Assembly (NCBI GenBank): GCA_946536145.1
Contig: CAMNEA010000005.1
Location: forward strand, 16,998-80,997
From: an uncultured Butyrivibrio sp.
GTDB lineage: Bacteria > Bacillota > Clostridia > Lachnospirales > Lachnospiraceae
Direction of reading: 5' to 3'
DNA length: 64,000 bases
A model generated the notes under the pieces. The model saw only the letters and a list, made by a program, of their open reading frames with translations, did no database searches and had not been told where the DNA came from. Made by a program: the position numbers and the translations under genes. Shown here one piece after another: positions 41,733 to 51,709 of the stretch (the stretch's first letter is position 1; each line of letters opens with the position of its first letter).

Positions 41733-43160
41733 ATGAATGAAAAGTATAAAACGCTGCAGACCTATGCACTTCTGCTGGTAGATATGGCATGCATTATCCT
41801 GTCATACCTGCTGGCTACGTGGCTCAGGTACAACGACAATAATGACTGGGGGAATAAGACACTCCACTACATGGTGTGTGTTGTCATCCTCCTGTTTTGT
41901 GTTTTCTACACATTCCTGGCTGACTGGGACAGGGATTTTATCACGAGGGGAACAGCGCATGAGCTGATAGCAGTCATTAAGGCTGTCGCAATTATCATCG
42001 TTGCCTCGCTCATGGTTGTATTCTTTCTGCAGTGGACGGTATTTCTGTCCAGATATGTGGTAGCCAACTTTATATGGATAGATATTCTTCTGGATCTGCT
42101 TGCGAGGATTCTTTTTAAAAAGATATTGCGAAGTCACATTTCAAGTGAACACAATGTGACAAGGGTTGTAGTCATCACAGAGCGCGATCTCATGGAGAAG
42201 ACACTTCAAAGGCTCCAGGGCAGAGCCGGGAGCGTTGGCTACAAGATTGTCAGAGCCTACTGCGCTGACATGGAAAAGGCATCGGAAGAAGTTCCATGGC
42301 ATGTTGGAGACGTGCATGTTCACTATGGGATAAATGACATCACGAGCCGCCTTATCACAGATCCCTTTGATGAGGTGTTTATCAATACTCCGAATATTCC
42401 GCAGGATCAGATGGAGGACATAATCCTTGGATTTGAGGAGATGGGTATCACGACCCACTACTGTCTTGAACTTCCAAGCGTTGGCAAGGCAGTGACGCAG
42501 GTTGGGGATTTCATGGACTACTCGGTTCTCACCTACACCATGAACAGGACCAGCTACAAGCGGCTCTTTATCAAGAGGATATTTGATATCATCGGAGGCT
42601 TCGTGGGGCTTGTGCTCACGGGCATTATCACTCTTTTTCTTGCTCCCGCGATCAAGCTTGACTCACCGGGCCCTGTATTCTTTTCCCAGGTGCGAGTAGG
42701 CAAGAACGGCAGGAGGTTCAGGATCTACAAATTCAGATCCATGTACACTGACGCTGAGGAGCGCAAGAAGGAGCTGGAATCGCAGAATGAGATAAACGGC
42801 CTGATGTTCAAGATGGAGAATGACCCGAGAGTTACCAAGGTGGGTAACTTCATAAGAAAGACCAGCCTTGATGAATTCCCGCAGTTCCTTAACGTACTTA
42901 AGGGCGATATGAGTCTTGTGGGAACGAGACCTCCGACAGAGTCTGAGTTTGAGCAGTACAATGAGCACTACAGAAGGCGGCTTTCCATGACACCGGGGCT
43001 TACAGGCCTGTGGCAGATAAGCGGCAGAAGTGATATTTCTGACTTTGACGAAGTTGTAAAACTCGATCTTAAATATATTGACAACTGGAGCCTCACCGAG
43101 GACTTCTGGATCATCTTAAAGACAGTAGGCGTTGTACTCTTTGGCAGAGGCGCCAAGTAA
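41733..43160 (+). CDS. Priming polyprenyl-phosphate hexose-1-phosphate transferase (CpsE/WchA/WcaJ type)
   Basis: 4 N-terminal TM segments, KRIFD, YKFRSM, DPRVT, SLDEFPQ, GDMSLVGTRP, PGLTGLWQ. Confidence 0.95.
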   Translation: MNEKYKTLQTYALLLVDMACIILSYLLATWLRYNDNNDWGNKTLHYMVCVVILLFCVFYTFLADWDRDFITRGTAHELIAVIKAVAIIIVASLMVVFFLQWTVFLSRYVVANFIWIDILLDLLARILFKKILRSHISSEHNVTRVVVITERDLMEKTLQRLQGRAGSVGYKIVRAYCADMEKASEEVPWHVGDVHVHYGINDITSRLITDPFDEVFINTPNIPQDQMEDIILGFEEMGITTHYCLELPSVGKAVTQVGDFMDYSVLTYTMNRTSYKRLFIKRIFDIIGGFVGLVLTGIITLFLAPAIKLDSPGPVFFSQVRVGKNGRRFRIYKFRSMYTDAEERKKELESQNEINGLMFKMENDPRVTKVGNFIRKTSLDEFPQFLNVLKGDMSLVGTRPPTESEFEQYNEHYRRRLSMTPGLTGLWQISGRSDISDFDEVVKLDLKYIDNWSLTEDFWIILKTVGVVLFGRGAK

Positions 43161-43180
43161 TGGAATCTGTGGAGTAATTT

Positions 43181-44266
43181 ATGTTAGAAAAAAATATTAA
43201 TCTGAATAACAAGAGGATACTTGTGACCGGCGCGGCAGGGTTTATCGGTGCCAATCTTGTTATGGAACTGGTAAAAAGGTTTGAAGGATGCAGGATCCTT
43301 GGAATTGATAACTTAAATGACTACTACGATGTGCGCATCAAGAATTACAGGCTCGATGAGATTGCAGCCGTTGTAAGATCTGATGAGCAGTTTGAGCTTG
43401 TCAGGGGGAATATTGCTGACAGGGATCTTGTCGACAGGGTATTTGCTGAGTTTAAGCCAGAGGTAGTTGTAAATCTTGCGGCACAGGGGGGAGTTAGATA
43501 TTCGGTTGAAAATCCTGATGTATATGTGGAATCCAATCTGATAGGATTTTACAACATCCTTGAGGCCTGCAGGCATTCCTATGACAACAAGGACGCCGGG
43601 GAGTACAAGGGCGTTTTGCATCTTGTTTATGCTTCCAGCTCCAGTGTGTACGGGAGCAACAAGAAGATCCCCTACAGCGTTGAGGACAAGGTTGACAATC
43701 CGGTTTCACTCTATGCCGCGACCAAGAAGTCCAATGAGCTGATGGCGCATGCTTACTCCAAGTTATATGATATACCATCAACGGGGCTCAGGTTCTTTAC
43801 AGTTTATGGCCCTGCAGGCAGACCTGACATGGCATATTTTGGTTTCACCAACAAACTGATCGCAGGTGATACCATTAAGATATTCAACTACGGCAACTGC
43901 AAGAGAGACTTCACTTTCGTGGATGATATTGTTGAGGGTGTGATAAATGTCATGTCTACAGCTCCTTCTGAGAATGAGAATGGGGTAAAGTACAGGGTAT
44001 ACAACATCGGCAACAACGATCCGGTTAATCTCCTTGATTTTGTTGACATACTTCAGCAGGAGCTTGTAAGTGCGGGAGTTCTTCCCGGTGATTTTGACTT
44101 TGAATCCCACAAGGAACTCGTGCCTATGCAGCCGGGCGATGTGGAGGTGACTTATGCTGATGTCACAGCCCTTTATGAGGACTTCGGCTTTAAGCCGGAC
44201 ACGCCCCTTCGGGAAGGGCTTCGTAAGTTTGCCAAGTGGTATAAAGATTTTTATATAAAAGACTGA
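43181..44266 (+). CDS. NAD-dependent epimerase, UDP-glucuronate 4-epimerase-like
   Basis: TGAAGFIG, DNLNDYYD, LAAQGGVRYS, SSSSVYG, YAATKK, RFFTVYGP.GRPDMA. Confidence 0.85.
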   Translation: MLEKNINLNNKRILVTGAAGFIGANLVMELVKRFEGCRILGIDNLNDYYDVRIKNYRLDEIAAVVRSDEQFELVRGNIADRDLVDRVFAEFKPEVVVNLAAQGGVRYSVENPDVYVESNLIGFYNILEACRHSYDNKDAGEYKGVLHLVYASSSSVYGSNKKIPYSVEDKVDNPVSLYAATKKSNELMAHAYSKLYDIPSTGLRFFTVYGPAGRPDMAYFGFTNKLIAGDTIKIFNYGNCKRDFTFVDDIVEGVINVMSTAPSENENGVKYRVYNIGNNDPVNLLDFVDILQQELVSAGVLPGDFDFESHKELVPMQPGDVEVTYADVTALYEDFGFKPDTPLREGLRKFAKWYKDFYIKD

Positions 44267-44309
44267 CGTGTCTGTCAAATTGTGGTTTACGGGAGTATTA
44301 CAGTAACAG

Positions 44310-45986
44310 ATGTTTAGTTATAGCTTGCCAAAATGGAATTACAGGATCAAAATGAGGCACCTTGCGGTGTTTTTTACCGCTGTGTATGTTTTGTCACTCA
44401 TCCCGATGCTGGCCCTTTCATTTTATGACTTTCCCTCGGCAGATGACTTTTCCATGGCACTTCAGCCGCATCTGTACTTTGTTGAGACCGGGAACTTTTT
44501 TGGCACGGTCATAGAGTCTTTAAAGAAATCCTGGATAGTATATTCGCAGTATGAGGGATATTTCTTTTCCATAATCCTGACCTGCATATGTCCGGGAGTT
44601 TTTGGCGAGGGATGGTACTTTCTGACTCCGTTTATTATTCTTGGCATGCTTACCTTCGGAGTCTTCTACTTTTTTGATGCGCTCTTTGTCCGCATGTGGA
44701 AGCTTGACAGGGATATGTCGGTTACTGCATGTATGGTAACCCTGATACTTATGGTTCAGTGCCTCCCCCAGGGGGTTATGAGAGCAGAGGCTTTCTACTG
44801 GTACAGCGGTGCCATCAACTATACATTTACTTTTGGGATGGCTTTCTTCTGGCTTGGACTGCTCATAAGATCTGTCTATGATGAGGATGCCAAGGCAAGA
44901 AAGCGTAAGGTACTATGGGCGTCATTCTGGGGCTTCTGGATGGGCGGAGCCAATTATATGACGGCTCTTGAGCTGGCTATCTGCTCGGTGCTCATCCTTT
45001 TTATCTTTATTATGATAAAGAGAGGCGTTTTTAAATTTGTAGTTGCAGGCACAGAGGCGCCTGACTCTGCCAGGGAGAAAGAGCGGTATGAATCCAAAAG
45101 AAAGTCCTTTGGACTTATATGGATCCCCGCTGTGACTAACCTTGTCGGATTTGCCTGTTCGTGTCTGACCCCGGGGAATCTTGTAAGAAGCGCAGAGACC
45201 GGCCACATAGGACCGGTAAAGTCTATACTGTTATCCATACACTCGACATTCGATATGATGACAAATGATATGTTAAGATGGGAGACACTTGTAGCGCTCG
45301 TGCTGCTTGCTGCGGTTTTCTGGAAGATGTCCGAGTCTCTTAAGGTGAGGCTTCAGCATCCGTTCATGTTTGCTCTCTTTGCATTCCTCTTGGTGTCATC
45401 AAATGTTGTGCCGCCATTTTTTGCTGTTGCCAATATCGGCGCGGGCAGGCTCCGTGCACTTGCGTGGATGGAGTATGTACTGATGCTTGTGCTGGTTGTT
45501 TTCTATCTGACCGCATGGGCAAGGCAGCGCCTGGAGGATGTATATCTGCGGGCAGAGGCGAAAAGAACGCAGGCTGTCCGAATGGATGACGTTGCCGGTA
45601 CAGAGGAATTGAAAAATCATGATACTGCCATGCTCAATAAGAATATCGCCGGATATGGAATTGGTACCTCGATGGTAATAGCAGTATGCATTGCATTCAT
45701 TTTCTTCGGCTCGGCGATCATGACAATTCCAAACATGCGTTATTACTGCGCGACTTCTGCGCTTTCGGACCTTCTGGACGGCAGCGCTGCAACTTATAAG
45801 GCAGAGAACGCAGAAAGATTGCGAATTCTGAATGATGACAGTGTTAAGGATGCTGCCCTTATGGAGTACAGCGTTCATCCTGAACTTCTCTTCTACGAGG
45901 ACGTAACTCCTGATAAGGATGAGTGGATAAACGGAGCGACTGCGAAGTATTATTTCAAGGATAGTGTAGTACTAAAGAGTAGATAG
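44310..45986 (+). CDS. GT-C-like polytopic membrane protein (DUF6056-like)
   Basis: First loop PSADDF, AFYWYSGAINY, PGN, terminal WIN...AKYY. Confidence 0.65.
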   Translation: MFSYSLPKWNYRIKMRHLAVFFTAVYVLSLIPMLALSFYDFPSADDFSMALQPHLYFVETGNFFGTVIESLKKSWIVYSQYEGYFFSIILTCICPGVFGEGWYFLTPFIILGMLTFGVFYFFDALFVRMWKLDRDMSVTACMVTLILMVQCLPQGVMRAEAFYWYSGAINYTFTFGMAFFWLGLLIRSVYDEDAKARKRKVLWASFWGFWMGGANYMTALELAICSVLILFIFIMIKRGVFKFVVAGTEAPDSAREKERYESKRKSFGLIWIPAVTNLVGFACSCLTPGNLVRSAETGHIGPVKSILLSIHSTFDMMTNDMLRWETLVALVLLAAVFWKMSESLKVRLQHPFMFALFAFLLVSSNVVPPFFAVANIGAGRLRALAWMEYVLMLVLVVFYLTAWARQRLEDVYLRAEAKRTQAVRMDDVAGTEELKNHDTAMLNKNIAGYGIGTSMVIAVCIAFIFFGSAIMTIPNMRYYCATSALSDLLDGSAATYKAENAERLRILNDDSVKDAALMEYSVHPELLFYEDVTPDKDEWINGATAKYYFKDSVVLKSR

Positions 45987-45993
45987 GTGCCAA

Positions 45994-46047
45994 GAGTTAC
46001 AAGTAGGAAGCCTGCACAGCCGGTGCAGGGCTTCCTAGTTGTAACTC
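45994..46047. repeat. Long imperfect inverted repeat (24/25-nt arms)
   Basis: GAGTTACAAGTAGGAAGCCTGCAC-AGCCG-GTGCAGGGCTTCCTAGTTGTAACTC, with one mismatch, one bulge and no U tract. Confidence 0.8.
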
Positions 46048-46064
46048 GGGGCAAGGATAACCAG

Positions 46065-47483
46065 ATGAGTAACAGGATAATAGCAGTATTGGCAGCGGCT
46101 GCGATCGTGATAATGGCGGTACTGGCAGCGGATAAGGATATATACGGAGAAAAAGAAAAGGCCATGGACATCAGGACTTCCTTAGAGGAGGCGGTTCATG
46201 ATATAACGGGAGAGGAGCTTGATGACATTGAGGAAGAGCTTGATCTGTACCGGACGGAGTACGATTTCAGCGAGGATGTTCATGAGGCAGGTACGATAAA
46301 CTACGATTACCTTAAGAAGTCTCCCTGCGAAAATTCATCGCTTCCGAGGATAGATATAAGGCTCGATGATGACTATCTGCTCTCGAAGGAGTACTCGAAA
46401 TGCAGTGTCAGTCTGACAGGTGCCGGGGATAACAATATTTCTCCAAGCTCTGCGCAGGTAAGGCTCCGCGGCAACTGGAGTTCAAAGTTTGAAAAAAAGC
46501 CGCTCAAGATTAAGTTTGACAGCAAAGTCAGCATGTTTGGCAGGAATCCGGAGAGATCATGGACCCTGATCGCCAATTACATGGACAACTCGCAGATTCA
46601 CAACTATATATCCTATGACCTCTACAGTTTTATTACGCCTCCTGGTCAGTTTGTGCCTCTTTATGTCTACGTGGACGTGTATATTAATGACGTGTACATC
46701 GGGCTCTATGCGCTCTCGGATCAGATCGAGACGGGCAAGGGCAGGGTTGCCATCAGCAGGCGCCATGACAGCGTGCCGTATCGCAATGACTACCTCATCG
46801 AGCAGGACTTCAGGCTTGCCAAACAGGAGAGCGAAGGAGAGAATGTCTACTGGTTCTGGAGCAGATACAACGATATCATGTTCTCGGTAAAGTCACCGGA
46901 AGAGGGGCTTTGCGAACAGGATCTGGATTACATGCGAAATTATATGGACCTTGTTTATGTCCTTGCCAAGCTAGACAGGTATGAAGAGGTCGAAAAACTC
47001 ATTGACGTGGATGCCTTTATATCCTACATGATGGTACAGGATATCATACGAAACGCTGACATATTCAAGGCAAGCATATTTTATGTCAAGCCAGCCGGAG
47101 GAAGACTTGCCCCCGCTACCATCTGGGACTGTGACCTCACGTTCGGAGGTCTAGGAGGATACCCTGACGGAACCGTTCTTGAGAAAAACTATCTGTACGA
47201 GGCTCTTATGGGCATGCCGCAGTTCCGGCAGAGGTATATCGACACCTTTTTTGAAAAGAAGGATGAGATAAAGGAGCGCGTGTTATCTGAAATAGACAGG
47301 GTTAGCGAGCAGTACTATGAAGAGTTTTCCAATGAATACTTCAACTGGGAGATCACAAATACGGACTTCATGATCCCTGAGATGAACGGGCTTGACAGCT
47401 ACGCGGACCAAATAGACATGATGAAATGGTGGTTTGAGACACAGATGATAAACCTTGAAGACCAGTACTCGCAGATGTATTGA
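46065..47483 (+). CDS. CotH kinase family protein (secreted/anchored)
   Basis: RLRGNWS..KKPLKIKFD, WTLIANYMD, YINDVYIGLY..DQI, NAD, WDCDLTFG. Confidence 0.85.
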   Translation: MSNRIIAVLAAAAIVIMAVLAADKDIYGEKEKAMDIRTSLEEAVHDITGEELDDIEEELDLYRTEYDFSEDVHEAGTINYDYLKKSPCENSSLPRIDIRLDDDYLLSKEYSKCSVSLTGAGDNNISPSSAQVRLRGNWSSKFEKKPLKIKFDSKVSMFGRNPERSWTLIANYMDNSQIHNYISYDLYSFITPPGQFVPLYVYVDVYINDVYIGLYALSDQIETGKGRVAISRRHDSVPYRNDYLIEQDFRLAKQESEGENVYWFWSRYNDIMFSVKSPEEGLCEQDLDYMRNYMDLVYVLAKLDRYEEVEKLIDVDAFISYMMVQDIIRNADIFKASIFYVKPAGGRLAPATIWDCDLTFGGLGGYPDGTVLEKNYLYEALMGMPQFRQRYIDTFFEKKDEIKERVLSEIDRVSEQYYEEFSNEYFNWEITNTDFMIPEMNGLDSYADQIDMMKWWFETQMINLEDQYSQMY

Positions 47484-47493
47484 TGGACAATAG

Positions 47494-49107
47494 ATGAAAA
47501 TAGCAAGAGATATCTTTAACTTAATAGTTGCATTCTGCCTGTTTGTGGCTGCGCTTCTTGTGCTCGGGGTGAGTTCTTTTACAACTATCTACTATGACAT
47601 GCACTATGATGAGGACTGGCCTCAGTATGGAAAAGAAAATATCCCGCTGCTGATATTATTTCTGGCGCTGGCGCTGCTGTTATATTTACTGATTTACAGG
47701 CGCAAACTGTTTGAAAAGCGAAAAAATGTATTTGTGGCGTTTGGACTTTTGTTTGCCGGTGCGTACTGCCTTATGCTCATATTCTCGATCCATCCGCAGG
47801 CAGTCAATGATTCAAAAACGCTTGATAACATAATCAACAGCTTTATGGACGGGGATTATTCTTCTCTGACTGAAAAGGGAGGATACCTTTTTACCTGGCC
47901 GTTCCAGCTCGGCTATGTCGGGCTTGGACAGATAATGGCTTCTATTTTTGGAAAGAGCAACTATTTCGCGTGGGATATTTTGCAGCTTATCTGCGTGCTT
48001 ATAACAATCTTCCTGATCTACAGGATAACATGGGAAATGTTTGAAGATGAAACGGTTGTGGGCATCGCAGGGCTTCTTTCTGCGGGAGCACTGTTCTTTT
48101 ACAACTACGTGACCTATATTTACGGAGATATCATCAGCATGGCACCACAGACACTGGCGCTGTATATGATGATATTGTATATTAAGAGGAGAAAGATACG
48201 CTACGCAGTCATATCAGCTGTTTCAATAGCTGCTGCTATTGTGATAAAGACAAACTGTGAGGTGACACTGATAGCGCTTGTAATGATCCTTCTGATGAGC
48301 ATGATCCCTGAGAACGCAGAAACTGCTGCATTTGTTGGAGCTTCGCAAAATGCGCGGAACTTTCAAAAAGCAGGCGATGTGCATGGCACAGGGACAGCTT
48401 TTAAGATGGTAGCAGAGCGGCTGCTTCTGGTGGTTCTTTTTCTGGTCTGTACATTTGCGGCGAAGAATGCGGTTGATGGCTATTACCGCACCCTTACAGG
48501 AATCGACAGGATTCCTGACGGAAACCCTGCCTGGGCCCATATAGCCATGGGACTTCAGGAGAGTCCGCTTGAAGATGGCTGGTACAACGGCTACAACTAT
48601 CAGGTCTTTGAGGAGAATAACTACGACACTGATGCCACAGCGAAGGCTGCTCAGCAGAACATAAAAGAAACACTTGCTACTTTTATAGAAAGACCCCTTC
48701 ACGGAGCGAGATTTCTTGTCAGGAAGTTTACTACCCAGTGGGCTGACAGCGTATGCATATCAACGCACAATCTCGATCTTGTCTCAAGGCATGTGGAGAA
48801 CCCCACGGCACTTGGCACGTGGCTTGTTTTTGGGACCGGCTCACAGATACTTATCTGGGTAATGAATATTTTTATGCCGCTTTGTTATATCGGAGTTGCG
48901 GTATATCTGTTTGAGATCCTGAAGGGCAGGAAAGTGCCATCGCAGCAGATGCTGCTGCTCATCCTGATCCTCGGGGGCATAGCTTTTCACGAATTTTGGG
49001 AGGGTTCTTCCAGATATACAATGAGGTACTATATTTACTGGCTGCCATATGGTGCATGCGGATTGAAGGTGCTGCTTGGACGTATTACTGAACACAAAAA
49101 AAGGTAA
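47494..49107 (+). CDS. GT-C-like membrane glycosyltransferase (PMT_2-like)
   Basis: GYLFTWPFQLG, YIYGD, HIAMGL..GWYNGY, FHEFWE..SRY. Confidence 0.65.
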   Translation: MKIARDIFNLIVAFCLFVAALLVLGVSSFTTIYYDMHYDEDWPQYGKENIPLLILFLALALLLYLLIYRRKLFEKRKNVFVAFGLLFAGAYCLMLIFSIHPQAVNDSKTLDNIINSFMDGDYSSLTEKGGYLFTWPFQLGYVGLGQIMASIFGKSNYFAWDILQLICVLITIFLIYRITWEMFEDETVVGIAGLLSAGALFFYNYVTYIYGDIISMAPQTLALYMMILYIKRRKIRYAVISAVSIAAAIVIKTNCEVTLIALVMILLMSMIPENAETAAFVGASQNARNFQKAGDVHGTGTAFKMVAERLLLVVLFLVCTFAAKNAVDGYYRTLTGIDRIPDGNPAWAHIAMGLQESPLEDGWYNGYNYQVFEENNYDTDATAKAAQQNIKETLATFIERPLHGARFLVRKFTTQWADSVCISTHNLDLVSRHVENPTALGTWLVFGTGSQILIWVMNIFMPLCYIGVAVYLFEILKGRKVPSQQMLLLILILGGIAFHEFWEGSSRYTMRYYIYWLPYGACGLKVLLGRITEHKKR

Positions 49108-50686
49108 ATATGATATTGATATTGAGTATGAGGACAACAATTTTAAGCCGCTTCTGTGGTGCGTCCTGAATGCTTTTCTTATCATGCTCATCTGCAGCAG
49201 ATCATCTTTTTTGTATGTATTTAATCTATGGGATGATGCCAACAGCTATTTTACTGTAGGAAAGTGCATTTTCAGAGGCTTTGTCCCCTACAGGGATCTC
49301 TTTGACCAGAAGGGGATACTGCTGTATTTCATCTACGGCCTCTCATCCCTGATATCGAGGACTACCTTTGCGGGCGTCTTCTTTTTTGAGGTCATTGCCG
49401 CATCATTTTCACTTGGCGCGGTTTTCAGCATTTATCAGCTCTTTCTTAAGAACAAACTGTTTCACTATGTACTGACACCGATAACCGGAGCTGTGATATA
49501 CACTTCGTTCAACTTCTACTGGGGCGGCAGTGCGGAGGAATTTCTTTTCCCGTTTGTGATGTGGGGGCTGTATCTGTCGGTGAGATATTTCAGGACCACA
49601 TATCCGGAGCCCATGGACACTAAGACTGTGTTTATTGCAGGGATTCTGGCGGGCTGTGTATTTAATATCAAGTTTAATTCGCTGGGGCTGTTCTTCGCCT
49701 GGATGATGATGGTGTTTTTTGCCTATATCATTGGCAGCGGCAAGGTTGCAACGGCCTTTGCGGAGTGCGTTGTGTATCTTGTGGGCATGCTTTTTGCCAC
49801 ATTCCCGTGGATATTGTACTTTGGCGTCAATGGCGCGATCGACGACTGGATGTATGTCTACATCTACAAAAATGTCTTTGAATATTCCAAGAAGCTGACG
49901 TTTGGGCAGAGGGTATCCGCTTTTTACGAGATAGTCAAGGATCATTTCCTTAACAACAAGGTTGTCTTCATACTGATAGCTATTGGAATTGTATATTTCC
50001 TCGCATCGACGATATCAACGCTTGTCTACGAGTACAGCAAGAACCTCTCGAGGAGGGACAGACTGTTTATAAGGTTCAGGCTCTCTGAGCTGCTAAACCT
50101 CGGAATGCTGTTTGGATTTTTGCTTCTTGTGATTTTTATCGGCGGTGTGAGCCTTCCGTACTACTCTTTTCCAATTAATGGATTTGTGGTGTTTGGATTT
50201 ATTCCATTTTGTTATATAATAGAGCGGAACGTCGCTTCTGATGAACTTGAGAGAGGACTGATCTCCCTTAGTGCGGCAGCGGCAGTCATTGCTGTGATCA
50301 TGTGCTGGTTTCTCAGCATCAATGTAAGGACGATACAGCTCAAAAAGGATGAGCTTTGGCTCTATAAGTTCAGGGACTACATAGCGGAGTCGGGAGTTCA
50401 GGATCCGGGGCTTATTGTGGAGTTCTCTTTTGACGTGGGACTTTATACGGTGCTTGACATTGAGCCCATATGCTACTATTTCCAGACCCAGACACTCAAT
50501 ATGCAGGAGGTTCTGGACTATCAGAAACAGTATCTTCACAGCGGAGAGGCTGACTTTGTGGTATCAGTCAATACAGAGGCGGAAGGGATCGGAGACAGGT
50601 ACGATCTTGTAATGCAGGAGAGGTGTGTATTCTACGACTTCGACCAGACCTACTTCCTCTATCAGAGAAATGAGAAGGAGAATTAA
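49076..50686 (+). CDS. GT-C (family 39/83-like) membrane glycosyltransferase; start uncertain
   Basis: DDANSYFTVGK...GFVPYRDLFDQKG, GGSAEEF. Confidence 0.7.
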   Translation: MDVLLNTKKGKYDIDIEYEDNNFKPLLWCVLNAFLIMLICSRSSFLYVFNLWDDANSYFTVGKCIFRGFVPYRDLFDQKGILLYFIYGLSSLISRTTFAGVFFFEVIAASFSLGAVFSIYQLFLKNKLFHYVLTPITGAVIYTSFNFYWGGSAEEFLFPFVMWGLYLSVRYFRTTYPEPMDTKTVFIAGILAGCVFNIKFNSLGLFFAWMMMVFFAYIIGSGKVATAFAECVVYLVGMLFATFPWILYFGVNGAIDDWMYVYIYKNVFEYSKKLTFGQRVSAFYEIVKDHFLNNKVVFILIAIGIVYFLASTISTLVYEYSKNLSRRDRLFIRFRLSELLNLGMLFGFLLLVIFIGGVSLPYYSFPINGFVVFGFIPFCYIIERNVASDELERGLISLSAAAAVIAVIMCWFLSINVRTIQLKKDELWLYKFRDYIAESGVQDPGLIVEFSFDVGLYTVLDIEPICYYFQTQTLNMQEVLDYQKQYLHSGEADFVVSVNTEAEGIGDRYDLVMQERCVFYDFDQTYFLYQRNEKEN

Positions 50687-50689
50687 GTA

Positions 50690-51709
50690 ATGCCAATAAA
50701 AATCAACAGTTTCATGGGAAAATTCGGATGGTTCGCAAGGAAGCACTTTCCCATGCTTGCAAGTAATGCCTATCTTAAGCTGCAGTTTGTGACAAGGAGC
50801 AAGTCACAGAAGGCCTACTGCGATTACTTTTTAAATGCAAAAGAGGTACCGATGCCCAATGTGGTTAATATCGAGACCATCAACAGATGCAATTCGACCT
50901 GCGCATTCTGCACAGCCAACGTGCATGCCGAGAGGCGCCCGCTTGCGAAGATCGATGATGACCTGTACAGGAGCATAATCGACCAGCTCGCAGACTGGGG
51001 GTACAAGGGACATCTTACACTCTACGGCAACAACGAGCCCTGGCTTGATACCAAGATCGTCGAGAGACACAAGTACGCGAGAGAGAAGCTTCCGGACAGC
51101 TTTATCTTCATGTCGACAAACGGCCTTATCCTGACCATCCAGAATGTCAAGGATATAGCTCCGTACATCAACCAGCTCATCATCAACAACTACTCTCTGG
51201 AGATGAAGCTTCACAAGAATCTTCAGGAGATATATGAATATGTCAAGGCTCATCCGGATGAGTTCAAGGATCTCGATATCCAGATCCAGATGAGATACCT
51301 TCAGGAGGTGCTCACGAACCGCGCGGGCAGCGCTCCCAACAAGCAGGAGACTCAGAAGGTTATCAAGGAGACCTGTCTTCTTCCCTTCACCGATATGTGG
51401 ATCATGCCAAACGGCAAGATGGGGCTCTGCTGCTGTGACAACTTCGAGACAACCGATTTCGGGGACCTTACCAAGATGAGTCTTAAGGAGGCATGGGGCT
51501 CTGCGCAGTTCCAGGCGGTAAGGCGCAAGATCGCAGAAGGGCGTCAGAACTATCCTTTCTGCAAGCACTGTGACTTTATAGATGCCGGTTTCAGGATGCA
51601 GCTTGTAAACGCGATCCTTCGCGGGGATCAGGAGGCTGCAAACAGACTCGGAGGACATGAGAGGATGAAGATCGGAAAGAAGAACAACGATGATGACGGC
51701 ATTAAGTGA
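50690..51709 (+). CDS. Radical SAM protein with C-terminal SPASM/twitch domain
   Basis: CNSTCAFC (CxxxCxxC), NNEP, STNG, then C..PF...G...LCCCD...CKHC. Confidence 0.9.
   Translation: MPIKINSFMGKFGWFARKHFPMLASNAYLKLQFVTRSKSQKAYCDYFLNAKEVPMPNVVNIETINRCNSTCAFCTANVHAERRPLAKIDDDLYRSIIDQLADWGYKGHLTLYGNNEPWLDTKIVERHKYAREKLPDSFIFMSTNGLILTIQNVKDIAPYINQLIINNYSLEMKLHKNLQEIYEYVKAHPDEFKDLDIQIQMRYLQEVLTNRAGSAPNKQETQKVIKETCLLPFTDMWIMPNGKMGLCCCDNFETTDFGDLTKMSLKEAWGSAQFQAVRRKIAEGRQNYPFCKHCDFIDAGFRMQLVNAILRGDQEAANRLGGHERMKIGKKNNDDDGIK

Noticed and set aside
45987-46064. N-terminal extension of the CotH ORF given in the ORF track
   Set aside because: It only reads through the intergenic palindrome. ATG 46065 has an AAGGA RBS and begins a signal-like segment.
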